From assembly GCA_043803405.1 (NCBI GenBank), contig JAZDKB010000053.1:1-64000 (forward strand): a stretch of 64,000 nt of DNA. Reading direction: 5' to 3'. The notes below the pieces were generated by a model. That model was given only the letters and a program-made list of their open reading frames with translations, made no database searches and was not told the DNA's origin. Below, one piece after another: positions 1-8,527 of the stretch. The stretch comes from Spirochaetota bacterium. Lineage in GTDB: Bacteria; Spirochaetota; UBA4802; JAFGDQ01. A program made the translations under genes and the position numbers. Within the stretch, counting starts at the first letter, position 1. The number at the start of each line of letters is the position of its first letter.

Positions 1-2
1 CG

Positions 3-242
3 CAGCAGAACGCTGCAGCAGCGGAAGAACTCTCTTCTACAGCCGAAATGCTTAGCACCAGCGCTCAGGATCTGCAGGAACTGGTTAGCTTTTTCAGGAC
101 AAAGGAAGACACAACGTACGGGAAGAACAGGAATATCGCAGCTAAAAAATCATCGGTAAAGAAAACAGCTGCAAGAGCGGATACAGAAGACAGTAAAAAG
201 AACGAAAGCATTAAAGAGAAAATAGAAGCGATTAATTCTTGA
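3..242 (+). CDS. Methyl-accepting chemotaxis protein, C-terminal end (5' truncated by window)
   Basis: Frame open from position 3 reads QQNAAAAEELSSTAEMLSTSAQDLQELVSFF, a typical MCP methylation-helix C-terminus; lies upstream of cheW/cheA. Confidence 0.85.
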   Translation, partial: QQNAAAAEELSSTAEMLSTSAQDLQELVSFFRTKEDTTYGKNRNIAAKKSSVKKTAARADTEDSKKNESIKEKIEAINS

Positions 243-385
243 ACTTGAATATAATAACGAGATAATTCAGGTGGGAGCGGTGATTGACTCAGTGTATACT
301 GCTCGATGTGTCCGCAGTCCTCAATATCGATGAAATCTCGCAGATTAATGCGACTAATGCTAAATTAGAAACTATGATAGTGTGA
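232..385 (+). pseudogene. Internally deleted cheW remnant
   Basis: 232-294 reads LILELEYNNEIIQVGAVIDSV (CheW G-x-x-x-DSV strand). After a 1-nt shift, 296-385 reads ILLDVSAVLNIDEISQINATNAKLETMIV* (CheW C-terminus). No start codon and the middle is missing. Confidence 0.65.
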
Positions 386-431
386 TTGGAAAGGTCTTTG
401 CGCTAAAGATGAAAAAGAGTTGGAGGCTAAA

Positions 432-941
432 ATGGATAGCTTTGCAGGGAAAACAGATAAAGCAATAAAAGCGGGTGTGACGGATAAAGAGAAAATGTAT
501 GTGATCGTTGCTATTGGCGGAGAAAATTACGGCATTGATGTTATGAACGTCAATATGATTAGCGCGTATACGGATATAAGGCAGGTGCCGAATGCAATGC
601 CTTATATGAGAGGCGTTATAACTATAGGCGACACCATCGTTCCTGTCATTGACATGAAGGTTAAGTTTGATCTTGGAGCTTCGGACTTTACCAGAACTAC
701 TGTAATTGTCATAGTAACCATTCATGACAAAATGATAGGCTTGATTGTTGATTCCGTGCTGGATGTTGCGACTCTGTCTTTATCAAAAATCCAGGATACG
801 CCGCATTTCAGCGCGAATATAGATGCTGACTGCATCATGGGAATAAGTGAAGTCGGCACCAGGCTGGTGATCATATTGAACACCGGTAAAATATTGACCC
901 GCGGGGAGCTGGAAAATTTCGAACATAAGGAAACCGACTGA
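432..941 (+). CDS. cheW: Chemotaxis coupling protein CheW
   Basis: YGIDV...VPNAMPYMRGVI...PVID...GLIVDSV motifs; GGAGG RBS before ATG 432. Confidence 0.9.
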   Translation: MDSFAGKTDKAIKAGVTDKEKMYVIVAIGGENYGIDVMNVNMISAYTDIRQVPNAMPYMRGVITIGDTIVPVIDMKVKFDLGASDFTRTTVIVIVTIHDKMIGLIVDSVLDVATLSLSKIQDTPHFSANIDADCIMGISEVGTRLVIILNTGKILTRGELENFEHKETD

Positions 942-1014
942 TGTAATGGTCGGTTAAAACAATTATTCGAGTTTTTTTGTGTTTTGTAACTGCTCTTAAT
1001 TAATGGAGAATAAT

Positions 1015-3231
1015 ATGATAAAATCATTTTCCGAATTAGATAATATTAAACAAACCTTTTTTATTGAAAGCAGAGAGATGCTGGATGAGATGGAAAGATG
1101 TCTACTGGCACTGGAGAAGGAACCGGGCGATCAGGAATCGATAAACGCGCTTTTCAGATCAGTGCATACAATCAAGGGCTCATCAGGTATGTTCGGGTAT
1201 AGTGAAATTGAAAGATTTTCTCATGTTGTAGAAAACATTCTGGATAGGCTCCGGAAGGGAGTCCTTTTAATTGACGCTTCTTTATCCTCCGTTTTGCTCG
1301 AAGCTCACGACAGGATTCAGGAACTATTCGACATTTTTGAGTCTAACTCGGATGTGGAAATACCGGCTGAAATGCGTGAAAAATTGGATGCTTCATTAAG
1401 TCTATTGAATTCGTATTCTTCGGAACCGGTTAAGGAGAAGGCAAAGAAAGAACAGCAGACAGCCAAAAGTGAAGAATCAAACGGCGGTAAAGATTACTGG
1501 CATATTTCGCTTCGTTTTGGGAGGAATGTTTTCCGCAATGGGCTTGATCCGTATTCATTTATTAATTTTTTAAACGAGATCGGAAAAATAGTTAAGGTGC
1601 GCACTGTCGCGGATGATATCCCTTCGCGCGAAGAAATGGATCCTGAAAGCTGCTACCTGGGATTTGAGATCAGTTTTGCCGGCGATGTTCAGAAAGAAAC
1701 AATTGAGGATGTATTTGAGTTTGTGAAGGAAGATTCCCAGATACGCATACTGCCTCCGAACAGCAGCATTGAGAAGTACGTAGCACTGATAAACGAGCTT
1801 CCGGAATCGTCCGTTCATTTAGGCGAAATGCTGGTGTCAGTCGGGAGCCTTACAAAAACCGAACTGGAAGCTGCACTTAATGCGCAGAAAATAAAAGCCG
1901 AAGCCGGCGACGAAGCAGGCAAAGCGCTTCTGGGCGACATCTTACTTGAAAAAAACATGATACAGAAGCCCGTACTGGATGCGGTTTTAAACAAGCAGCA
2001 GGATATTAAAAAAGCAGAAAAAAAGAATCAGAATGTGCTGCGCGTTAATGCTGAAAAAGTTGATATGCTCATTAAGCTTGTGGGAGAGCTTGTAATAAGA
2101 AGTTCTAACGTTAAACAACTTTCGGAAAAAAGTGAAGATTCCGAACTTATTGATTCTGTTTTGAGCATGACCGGGCTAATAGAGGAAATAAGGGACAATG
2201 CAATGAACATACGAATGGTCCCTATCGGGGATACATTTAAAAGATTCGAAAGAGTTGTCCGTGATTTGGGAAAGGAAAGAGGAAAGGAGATAGATCTTGT
2301 TATTACTGGCGGAGACACTGAACTCGACAAGACTCTTATTGATAAGATATCGGATCCATTGATGCACCTTGTCCGCAACTCAATCGATCACGGAATAGAC
2401 ATGCCCGACGAGCGGGTGCGCAACGGAAAGCCGCGCATGGGAACAATATATTTAAATGCTTATAATGAAATGGGCAGCGTTGTAATTGCTGCATCGGATG
2501 ACGGGAACGGTCTTGACAAGGATAGAATATATGAAAAGGCGGTTGAAGTAGGTTTTATACAACCCGGGGAACAAATAACGGAGAACGATATTTTTCAGTT
2601 CATTTTTGAGCCCGGTTTTTCCACAGCCAGGCAGGTAACCAATATTTCCGGACGCGGTGTTGGAATGGATGTAGTAAAACGCAACATCGAATCCCTTCAG
2701 GGAACAGTGGCTCTGGAAAGCGTAAAAGGCGCAGGCACTACAGTAAAAATTCATCTGCCGCTAACGCTTGCGATAATCGACGGTTTTATGGTTCAGGTTG
2801 GAAATCAGTTTTATGTTATTCCTCAGGATATGGTTATAGAATGCATCGATGTAGCGGGTGATAAAATAATGGTAAAAGAAGGCGGCAATTTTATCAGCTT
2901 AAGAGGGGAGATTTTGCCGTTTATGAGATTGCGCGATTTTTTTAATGATCATGAAGGCAAACCTGATAAGGAAAACGTTATAGTAGTCGAGCATTCAAAA
3001 AGAATTGCCGGGCTGGTTGTGGACCGTCCGATGGGAGAGGTTCAGGCTGTAATTAAACCGCTCGGCAAAATATTCAGCCAGCAGCGGTGGATAAACGGAG
3101 CTACAATACTCGGGAACGGCGATGTGGCTCTTATCTTGGACATACCAAAATTATTGCAGAAAATTGAAAATCGCTCTTTTAATAAGACAGAAAGGACCGG
3201 GAAAAATAATGAATACTGTTTCAATAACTGA
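1015..3231 (+). CDS. cheA: Chemotaxis histidine kinase CheA
   Basis: Hpt LFRSVHTIKGSS, HLVRNSIDHG, SDDGNG, FEPGFSTA, GRGVGMDVV and a C-terminal CheW-like domain; GGAG RBS before ATG 1015. Confidence 0.97.
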   Translation: MIKSFSELDNIKQTFFIESREMLDEMERCLLALEKEPGDQESINALFRSVHTIKGSSGMFGYSEIERFSHVVENILDRLRKGVLLIDASLSSVLLEAHDRIQELFDIFESNSDVEIPAEMREKLDASLSLLNSYSSEPVKEKAKKEQQTAKSEESNGGKDYWHISLRFGRNVFRNGLDPYSFINFLNEIGKIVKVRTVADDIPSREEMDPESCYLGFEISFAGDVQKETIEDVFEFVKEDSQIRILPPNSSIEKYVALINELPESSVHLGEMLVSVGSLTKTELEAALNAQKIKAEAGDEAGKALLGDILLEKNMIQKPVLDAVLNKQQDIKKAEKKNQNVLRVNAEKVDMLIKLVGELVIRSSNVKQLSEKSEDSELIDSVLSMTGLIEEIRDNAMNIRMVPIGDTFKRFERVVRDLGKERGKEIDLVITGGDTELDKTLIDKISDPLMHLVRNSIDHGIDMPDERVRNGKPRMGTIYLNAYNEMGSVVIAASDDGNGLDKDRIYEKAVEVGFIQPGEQITENDIFQFIFEPGFSTARQVTNISGRGVGMDVVKRNIESLQGTVALESVKGAGTTVKIHLPLTLAIIDGFMVQVGNQFYVIPQDMVIECIDVAGDKIMVKEGGNFISLRGEILPFMRLRDFFNDHEGKPDKENVIVVEHSKRIAGLVVDRPMGEVQAVIKPLGKIFSQQRWINGATILGNGDVALILDIPKLLQKIENRSFNKTERTGKNNEYCFNN

Positions 3232-4019
3232 AAAAGAATTTAAGGATATAAGCGGAATACTTTACGAAAGGACCGGGATATTTTTGCCGGATCCAAAGAA
3301 ATATCTTGTCGTTCACAGATTGATGAGACGGCTTAATGTTTTAAATATTAATTCTTTCAAGCAATATGTGGAATATCTGAAAAAGAATATAAGTACGGAA
3401 ATGCAGTACCTTATAGATAATTTAACAACGAACGAAACTTTTTTTTTTCAGGGAAGAAAAACATTTTGAACATCTTGGAGAAATAATTAAGACTGAATTC
3501 GCGATGAACAAATCGGTGCGCATCTGGAGTGCTGCCTGTTCATCCGGCGAAGAGGTCTACAGCGCGGCCATGGTCGCTGATGATTGTCTTAACGGCAGGA
3601 ACTGGGAGGTTATAGGTTCGGACATCAGCGATGTGGTTTTGAACAAAGCGCGGAAGGGAACCTACCCGATTGAAAGATCATCTCAGATCCCGGAAGATTA
3701 TTTAAAGAAGTACTGTCTTAAGGGTGTGCGTGAAAATTCCGGCGAATTTGTCATTAATAAGAATCTGCGGAACAAAATTTCTTTTTTTAAAATAAACCTA
3801 TACCAGAATATACCTAATATCGGATTATTCGAAATAATTTTTTTAAGGAATACCCTGATTTATTTCGACATGCAAACCAAAAGAGTCGTTATCCAGAATA
3901 TTTTGCCTTTGCTGAAAAAAAGCGGTTACCTGATCGTAAGCCATACTGAGAGCCTTGTCGGGATATGCAGCGATCTTGAACTTGAGAAGGGACGTTCCAG
4001 CATGTACAAAAAGAAATAA
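3209..4019 (+). pseudogene. cheR: Chemotaxis methyltransferase CheR, frameshifted in a T10 run (phase-variable, recent pseudogene, or sequencing error)
   Basis: N-half from ATG 3209 ends in LTTNETFFF; C-half has IWSAACSSGEEVYS, GSDIS and IFLRNTLIYF. Removing one T from 3439-3448 restores TNETFFFREEKHF and a 269-aa ORF. Confidence 0.9.
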
Positions 4020-4029
4020 TTGAGGCTGC

Positions 4030-5103
4030 ATGACAGACAAAATAAAAGTAATTATTGTTGATGATTCGGCATCAGTGCGCCAGGTGCTCTCCGATGTTTT
4101 AAGCTCCGATAAAAGTATAGAAGTGCTTACTGCTGCATCCGATCCGATAATTGCGATGAAGTATATGGAAAAGGAATGGCCGGATGTGATCATTTCGGAT
4201 ATAGCCATGCCGCGTAAAGACGGCTTGACATTTGTAAGAGAAATCATGTCGATACGGCCTACGCCGGTAATAATTTGCTCTGCTCTTACCGAGGAGAATG
4301 CCGATATCTCCCTGGAAGCAATGGCTGCGGGTGCGGTCACAGTCATCTCAAAGCCCAGGATCGGGGCCCGTGATTTTCTGCACGATTCGGCCCTGCTCCT
4401 GATCGAGTCGGTTAAGTCGGCTGCAACTGCGAATGTAAAGAACTTTAATTTAAAAAGGACGGTTAAAAAGATTGAGACTCAAAAGGCTGCTCTTTCTTCG
4501 CAGCAGCAGAAAAAAATTCCGCATGATGTCGCCGAAAAAATAATTGCTATCGGAGCATCTGCAGGCGGAACCCAGGCAATAGAAACTATACTGATGTCAT
4601 TGCCGGACGATTTGCCGGGTATTGTAATTGTACAGCACATGCCGGAAAAGTTTACAGAAGCCTTTGCAAAAAGACTGAATTCTTTTTGCGTTCTTACAGT
4701 AAAAGAAGCGGAAGATAATGAAACAATTAAAAGAGGCGTTGCATTGATTGCTCCTGGCAATTTCCATCTAACTATAAAGAAAAACGTTAACAGCTATATC
4801 GCTTCAGTAAAAATCGGCCCTCTTATCAGCAGGCACAGGCCGTCAGTGGATGTTTTATTTCGCTCCGTGGCTCAGAATGCTTCCTCGAACTCACTCGGTA
4901 TAATACTTACCGGGATGGGTGATGACGGGGCCATCGGTTTATCTGAAATGAAGGCCGCAGGCGCAAAAACAATTGCACAGGATAAAAAAACCTCGATTGT
5001 TTTCGGGATGCCTGCTGAAGCTATTAAAAAGGGTTGTGTGGATAAAGTAGTTCCGCTGGATGATATACATAAAGAGATAATTATTTTTTCTAAATATAAA
5101 TAA
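4030..5103 (+). CDS. cheB: Chemotaxis response regulator methylesterase CheB
   Basis: REC domain (VDDSASVR, SDIAMP) plus GASAGG, VQHMP, HRPSVDVLF and LTGMGDDG. Confidence 0.97.
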   Translation: MTDKIKVIIVDDSASVRQVLSDVLSSDKSIEVLTAASDPIIAMKYMEKEWPDVIISDIAMPRKDGLTFVREIMSIRPTPVIICSALTEENADISLEAMAAGAVTVISKPRIGARDFLHDSALLLIESVKSAATANVKNFNLKRTVKKIETQKAALSSQQQKKIPHDVAEKIIAIGASAGGTQAIETILMSLPDDLPGIVIVQHMPEKFTEAFAKRLNSFCVLTVKEAEDNETIKRGVALIAPGNFHLTIKKNVNSYIASVKIGPLISRHRPSVDVLFRSVAQNASSNSLGIILTGMGDDGAIGLSEMKAAGAKTIAQDKKTSIVFGMPAEAIKKGCVDKVVPLDDIHKEIIIFSKYK

Positions 5104-5170
5104 ACCGGTTAAAAAATTCTCATTTTGATTTTTTTGTTTTACAATAGTACGCCGTCACATTTTAATTTAT

Positions 5171-5297
5171 AAAACTGGAATACATAACAAAATTTTCTGC
5201 GGAATCAGGCCTTCAATGTTAATTATTCGGGTATTTCAATGTTTTTGCTTTAGGCCTGAAAGGCGTCCTCAAAAATTTTGTTATGTATTCCAGTTTT
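5171..5297. repeat. 127-bp palindromic MITE-like element with 26-bp perfect terminal inverted repeats
   Basis: AAAACTGGAATACATAACAAAATTTT (5171-5196) is the exact reverse complement of 5272-5297; inner TCAGGCCT/AGGCCTGA pair; partial copy at 13267-13322. Confidence 0.8.
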
Positions 5298-5369
5298 TGC
5301 CACTATTATTAAGTACTGATAACGAATGTTGCAATGAAATAGTACAAACCTAAATAGTTAATCATTTTT

Positions 5370-5846
5370 ATGCACGATAATACTGATAAAAAAAGCGTTT
5401 ATATGCGCATTGCGCTTGAAGAGGCAAAGAAAGCTTTTGAAAACGGCGAAATCCCTGTTGGAGCCGTTATTATTAAAGACGGCGAGATAATCTCCAAAGC
5501 GCATAACAGGAACAGAGAGACCCGCAATCCCATTAAACATGCCGAGATAATCTGTATTGAAGAAGCTTCGCGCGTATTGAATAATGAACGCCTTACTGAC
5601 TGTGAGCTTTATGTTACAAAAGAGCCTTGCGCAATGTGCTCGGGCGCAATTGTGCATGCACGGATAAAAAGCGTGTTCATAGGTGCGGAAGATGAGAAGT
5701 ACGGGGCGTGCGGCTCAGTACTGAATGTATGCGGCAGCGAGAGCCTCAACCATGTCCCGGAAATCGAGTTCGGCATCCTGCGCGATGAAAGTTCTCATCT
5801 TTTAAAAAATTTTTTTAAAATCAGAAGGCTTAATGCCAAAAAATAA
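5370..5846 (+). CDS. tadA: tRNA adenosine(34) deaminase TadA
   Basis: GEIPVGAV, HAE and EPCAMCSGA motifs. Confidence 0.93.
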   Translation: MHDNTDKKSVYMRIALEEAKKAFENGEIPVGAVIIKDGEIISKAHNRNRETRNPIKHAEIICIEEASRVLNNERLTDCELYVTKEPCAMCSGAIVHARIKSVFIGAEDEKYGACGSVLNVCGSESLNHVPEIEFGILRDESSHLLKNFFKIRRLNAKK

Positions 5847-5935
5847 TATTTATACAATATAGTTTTTCTCACCGATAATTATTCTATAAGGAAAAATCAA
5901 AAATATTTTTATTAATACGTTTTAAGGAATTAACT

Positions 5936-7186
5936 TTGCTGACCCGCATTCTTGAACATCCATATTACAGAACCCTGCGAGAGCTCGCTAACAGAATTAA
6001 AAAGAATTTTGCATTCAAACTTTTTTCCATAGGTTTTATAATCCTTTTAATATTTTCCGCCGCAATATATTATGCAGAAAAAGATTATGTTAAATATATA
6101 GTAAAAGACGGACAGAAAACAGAAGACAAAACCAGCAATATAAAAAACATAGAGGATTCATTCTGGTGGGCAATCGTTACGTCTACAACAGTCGGATATG
6201 GCGATTATTACCCGGTCTCAAGGCTGGGGCGGCTTGTCGGCATACTTATGATGTTTTTTGGTGTTGCGCTTATGGGCGTTATCACAGGTAACATTGCATC
6301 AAGCCTTGTTGAAAGACAATTAAAGGAAGGCAGAGGATTGGAGACTTTAAAACTTAAAAATCATTTTATAATTTGCGGATGGAAAAGAGAGATGGCGGAA
6401 TTTCTGCGCGATATTATGGAAAAAAATAAATCCTTTCTGCCATCCGAGATAGTGCTAATTAATAAAGCGGATCAGGAACTCATTGAAAATATCAGATCCG
6501 TTGAAGCACTTAAATACATTAATTTTATTCATGGCGATTATATCGATGAAAGAGTGCTTCAGAGAGCGAATTTGAAAAGCGCAAAAAGAGTTCTCATCCT
6601 TGCGGACCGTCTGGTAGAAGGATCGGCTCAGGAAGTAGACGCGAGGACGGTAATGACCGTACTCACAGTCAAATCGATTTCCAAATCGGTATATGTCTGC
6701 GCGGAACTTATGGACTCAAAATATGTCAGATATTTGCGCTTTTCGAACTGCGACGAAATAATATTATCCAGTGAGTACAATAAACTGCTGATTGCAAATG
6801 CGTCCGCAGGCACAGGCATATCTCATGTTATAAGCGAACTTCTGAATGTTAATATCGGCTCGAATATAAATACCGTTGAATTGCCGAAAAATTTTATAGG
6901 CAAAAAATTTTTCGAGCTTCAGGAATATTACAGGAATAAAGGAAATGCCATATTGATAGGGCTTCTGGAAAATACAGGAAATTTCTTTATGAGAAAGAAA
7001 GAAGCGCTCGATGAAGCTCAGAAAACTCCCGATATTTCAAAGTTAATCGATAGTCTTAAAATGGTAAAAACTCTGCTGCCGAATCAGCCGGTAATAAATC
7101 CTGAGCCCGAATATGAAATAAAAAAGTATACGATGGCAATTGTGATAGAAAGCGGATTGAAATCAGTAAAAAAGCAGGAAGTTTAA
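5936..7186 (+). CDS. Potassium channel (2TM pore plus RCK/TrkA-N domain)
   Basis: Selectivity filter WWAIVTSTTVGYGDYYP; RCK motif HFIICGW; TTG start. Confidence 0.9.
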   Translation: MLTRILEHPYYRTLRELANRIKKNFAFKLFSIGFIILLIFSAAIYYAEKDYVKYIVKDGQKTEDKTSNIKNIEDSFWWAIVTSTTVGYGDYYPVSRLGRLVGILMMFFGVALMGVITGNIASSLVERQLKEGRGLETLKLKNHFIICGWKREMAEFLRDIMEKNKSFLPSEIVLINKADQELIENIRSVEALKYINFIHGDYIDERVLQRANLKSAKRVLILADRLVEGSAQEVDARTVMTVLTVKSISKSVYVCAELMDSKYVRYLRFSNCDEIILSSEYNKLLIANASAGTGISHVISELLNVNIGSNINTVELPKNFIGKKFFELQEYYRNKGNAILIGLLENTGNFFMRKKEALDEAQKTPDISKLIDSLKMVKTLLPNQPVINPEPEYEIKKYTMAIVIESGLKSVKKQEV

Positions 7187-7189
7187 AGG

Positions 7190-7714
7190 ATGCCTAAATC
7201 TAAAATAGATGTTGCAGATGACGAAGTAATTAGAAAGCTTAAAGAAGTACAGTTTTTTAAAATGTACGCGGATAATAATTTAGTCATTAAAAAAATATCC
7301 GGTTTATGCACTAGAAAAAAATTCAAGGAAGGTTCTTCCATAATCAAAGAAGGCGATTTTGGTGATGAGATCTTTGTGTTTTTAAGTGGCGAGATCGAGA
7401 TTGTCAAGGAAACACTGCAAGGCGAGCATTATACTTTATCTACACTGAATTCGGAAACAGGCGGGATATATGTGGGTGAATTTGCGCTTATAGACAATGA
7501 CAGGCGTTCCGCGACCGTAATAGCAAAGACAGAATGCGAGTGCCTCGTTATTAAACGGGATGTGTTTCTGGAATTCGGAAATAAAAATCCTGAAATCGGA
7601 TTAAATGTTACAAGAGCTCTTGCAAGACAATTAAGCTTAATGCAGAGAAAGACAAATTCGGATGTAATTACGCTGTTTTCTGCACTTGTGGAAGAGATCG
7701 GAGGGAGCGACTAA
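7190..7714 (+). CDS. Stand-alone cyclic nucleotide-binding domain protein
   Basis: IIKEGDFGDEIFVFLSG and phosphate-binding cassette GEFALIDNDRRSATV; no HTH. Confidence 0.88.
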   Translation: MPKSKIDVADDEVIRKLKEVQFFKMYADNNLVIKKISGLCTRKKFKEGSSIIKEGDFGDEIFVFLSGEIEIVKETLQGEHYTLSTLNSETGGIYVGEFALIDNDRRSATVIAKTECECLVIKRDVFLEFGNKNPEIGLNVTRALARQLSLMQRKTNSDVITLFSALVEEIGGSD

Positions 7715-7816
7715 TAAAAGTAAAATCACTATATCAATTAAAATAGTAGCTGAATAGATTAGCCAAAGGCAGTGAGAATACTCGCGAATGAGCATAATTT
7801 TTTCAGTTTATTTGCA

Positions 7817-7845
7817 TTGACAAATCTAAAATTTAATAATAGAAT
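7817..7845 (+). promoter_or_regulatory. Sigma70-type promoter upstream of the 7965 ORF
   Basis: TTGACA-17 nt-TAGAAT. Confidence 0.6.
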
Positions 7846-7964
7846 AGATTTGCTGCAAATTTAGTAAGTCATTTTCGATATGAGGGCAATGTGTTTATAG
7901 CTGCGAATATGTAAATGATGATTCAGCAGCCAGAGTAAATGTATATCAATAAAAGGAGGGTGTT

Positions 7965-8483
7965 ATGATTCATTTAATATCGGATAAGCTTGTTGAGTTT
8001 GTTGAAAAAAACAGCGATGTAATACTTAAAGAGTGGTTAAATCGTGTATGTAAAAATAAAGTATCAACATTTACTGATGAGAATATCGATTTTGTCCGTA
8101 ATAAAGCTGAATTTATTTTGAGAAACTTAAAGGATTGGATCAGCTATGACAAATCGAAAGATGAAATAGGAGAAAGATATGCAAATGAAGGCAAAGACTT
8201 TTTTAATAAGGGCGTGCCTCTATGCGAAGTTTTCAGAACGACTGTTCTTCTTCGAAGGGTGTTGTGGCTGTTTGTTGTAAACGAAAGCGGTTTTGATTCT
8301 GCCTATGAGTTGCATCAAATGAGAGAATTAAATGATAGAGTAATTCTGTTCTTTGATAGGTCACACTATTATCTTACACGCGGTTATATGGAGGCAATGA
8401 ATGATAAAATGAAGAAGTTGTGGAAACTGACAGATGACGAGACCGAGAAAGTATTTTTCCATAATTCTTTTTACAATAAATAA
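7965..8483 (+). CDS. Conserved hypothetical protein, possibly RsbRD N-terminal (globin-like) domain
   Basis: Strong AGGAGG RBS; ILKEW...Y...G...KGVPLCEV pattern reminiscent of RsbRD_N. Confidence 0.55.
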   Translation: MIHLISDKLVEFVEKNSDVILKEWLNRVCKNKVSTFTDENIDFVRNKAEFILRNLKDWISYDKSKDEIGERYANEGKDFFNKGVPLCEVFRTTVLLRRVLWLFVVNESGFDSAYELHQMRELNDRVILFFDRSHYYLTRGYMEAMNDKMKKLWKLTDDETEKVFFHNSFYNK

Positions 8484-8527
8484 AAAATATATTTACAAAT
8501 TAGCTGTTACGGCTAAATATATTCCGC

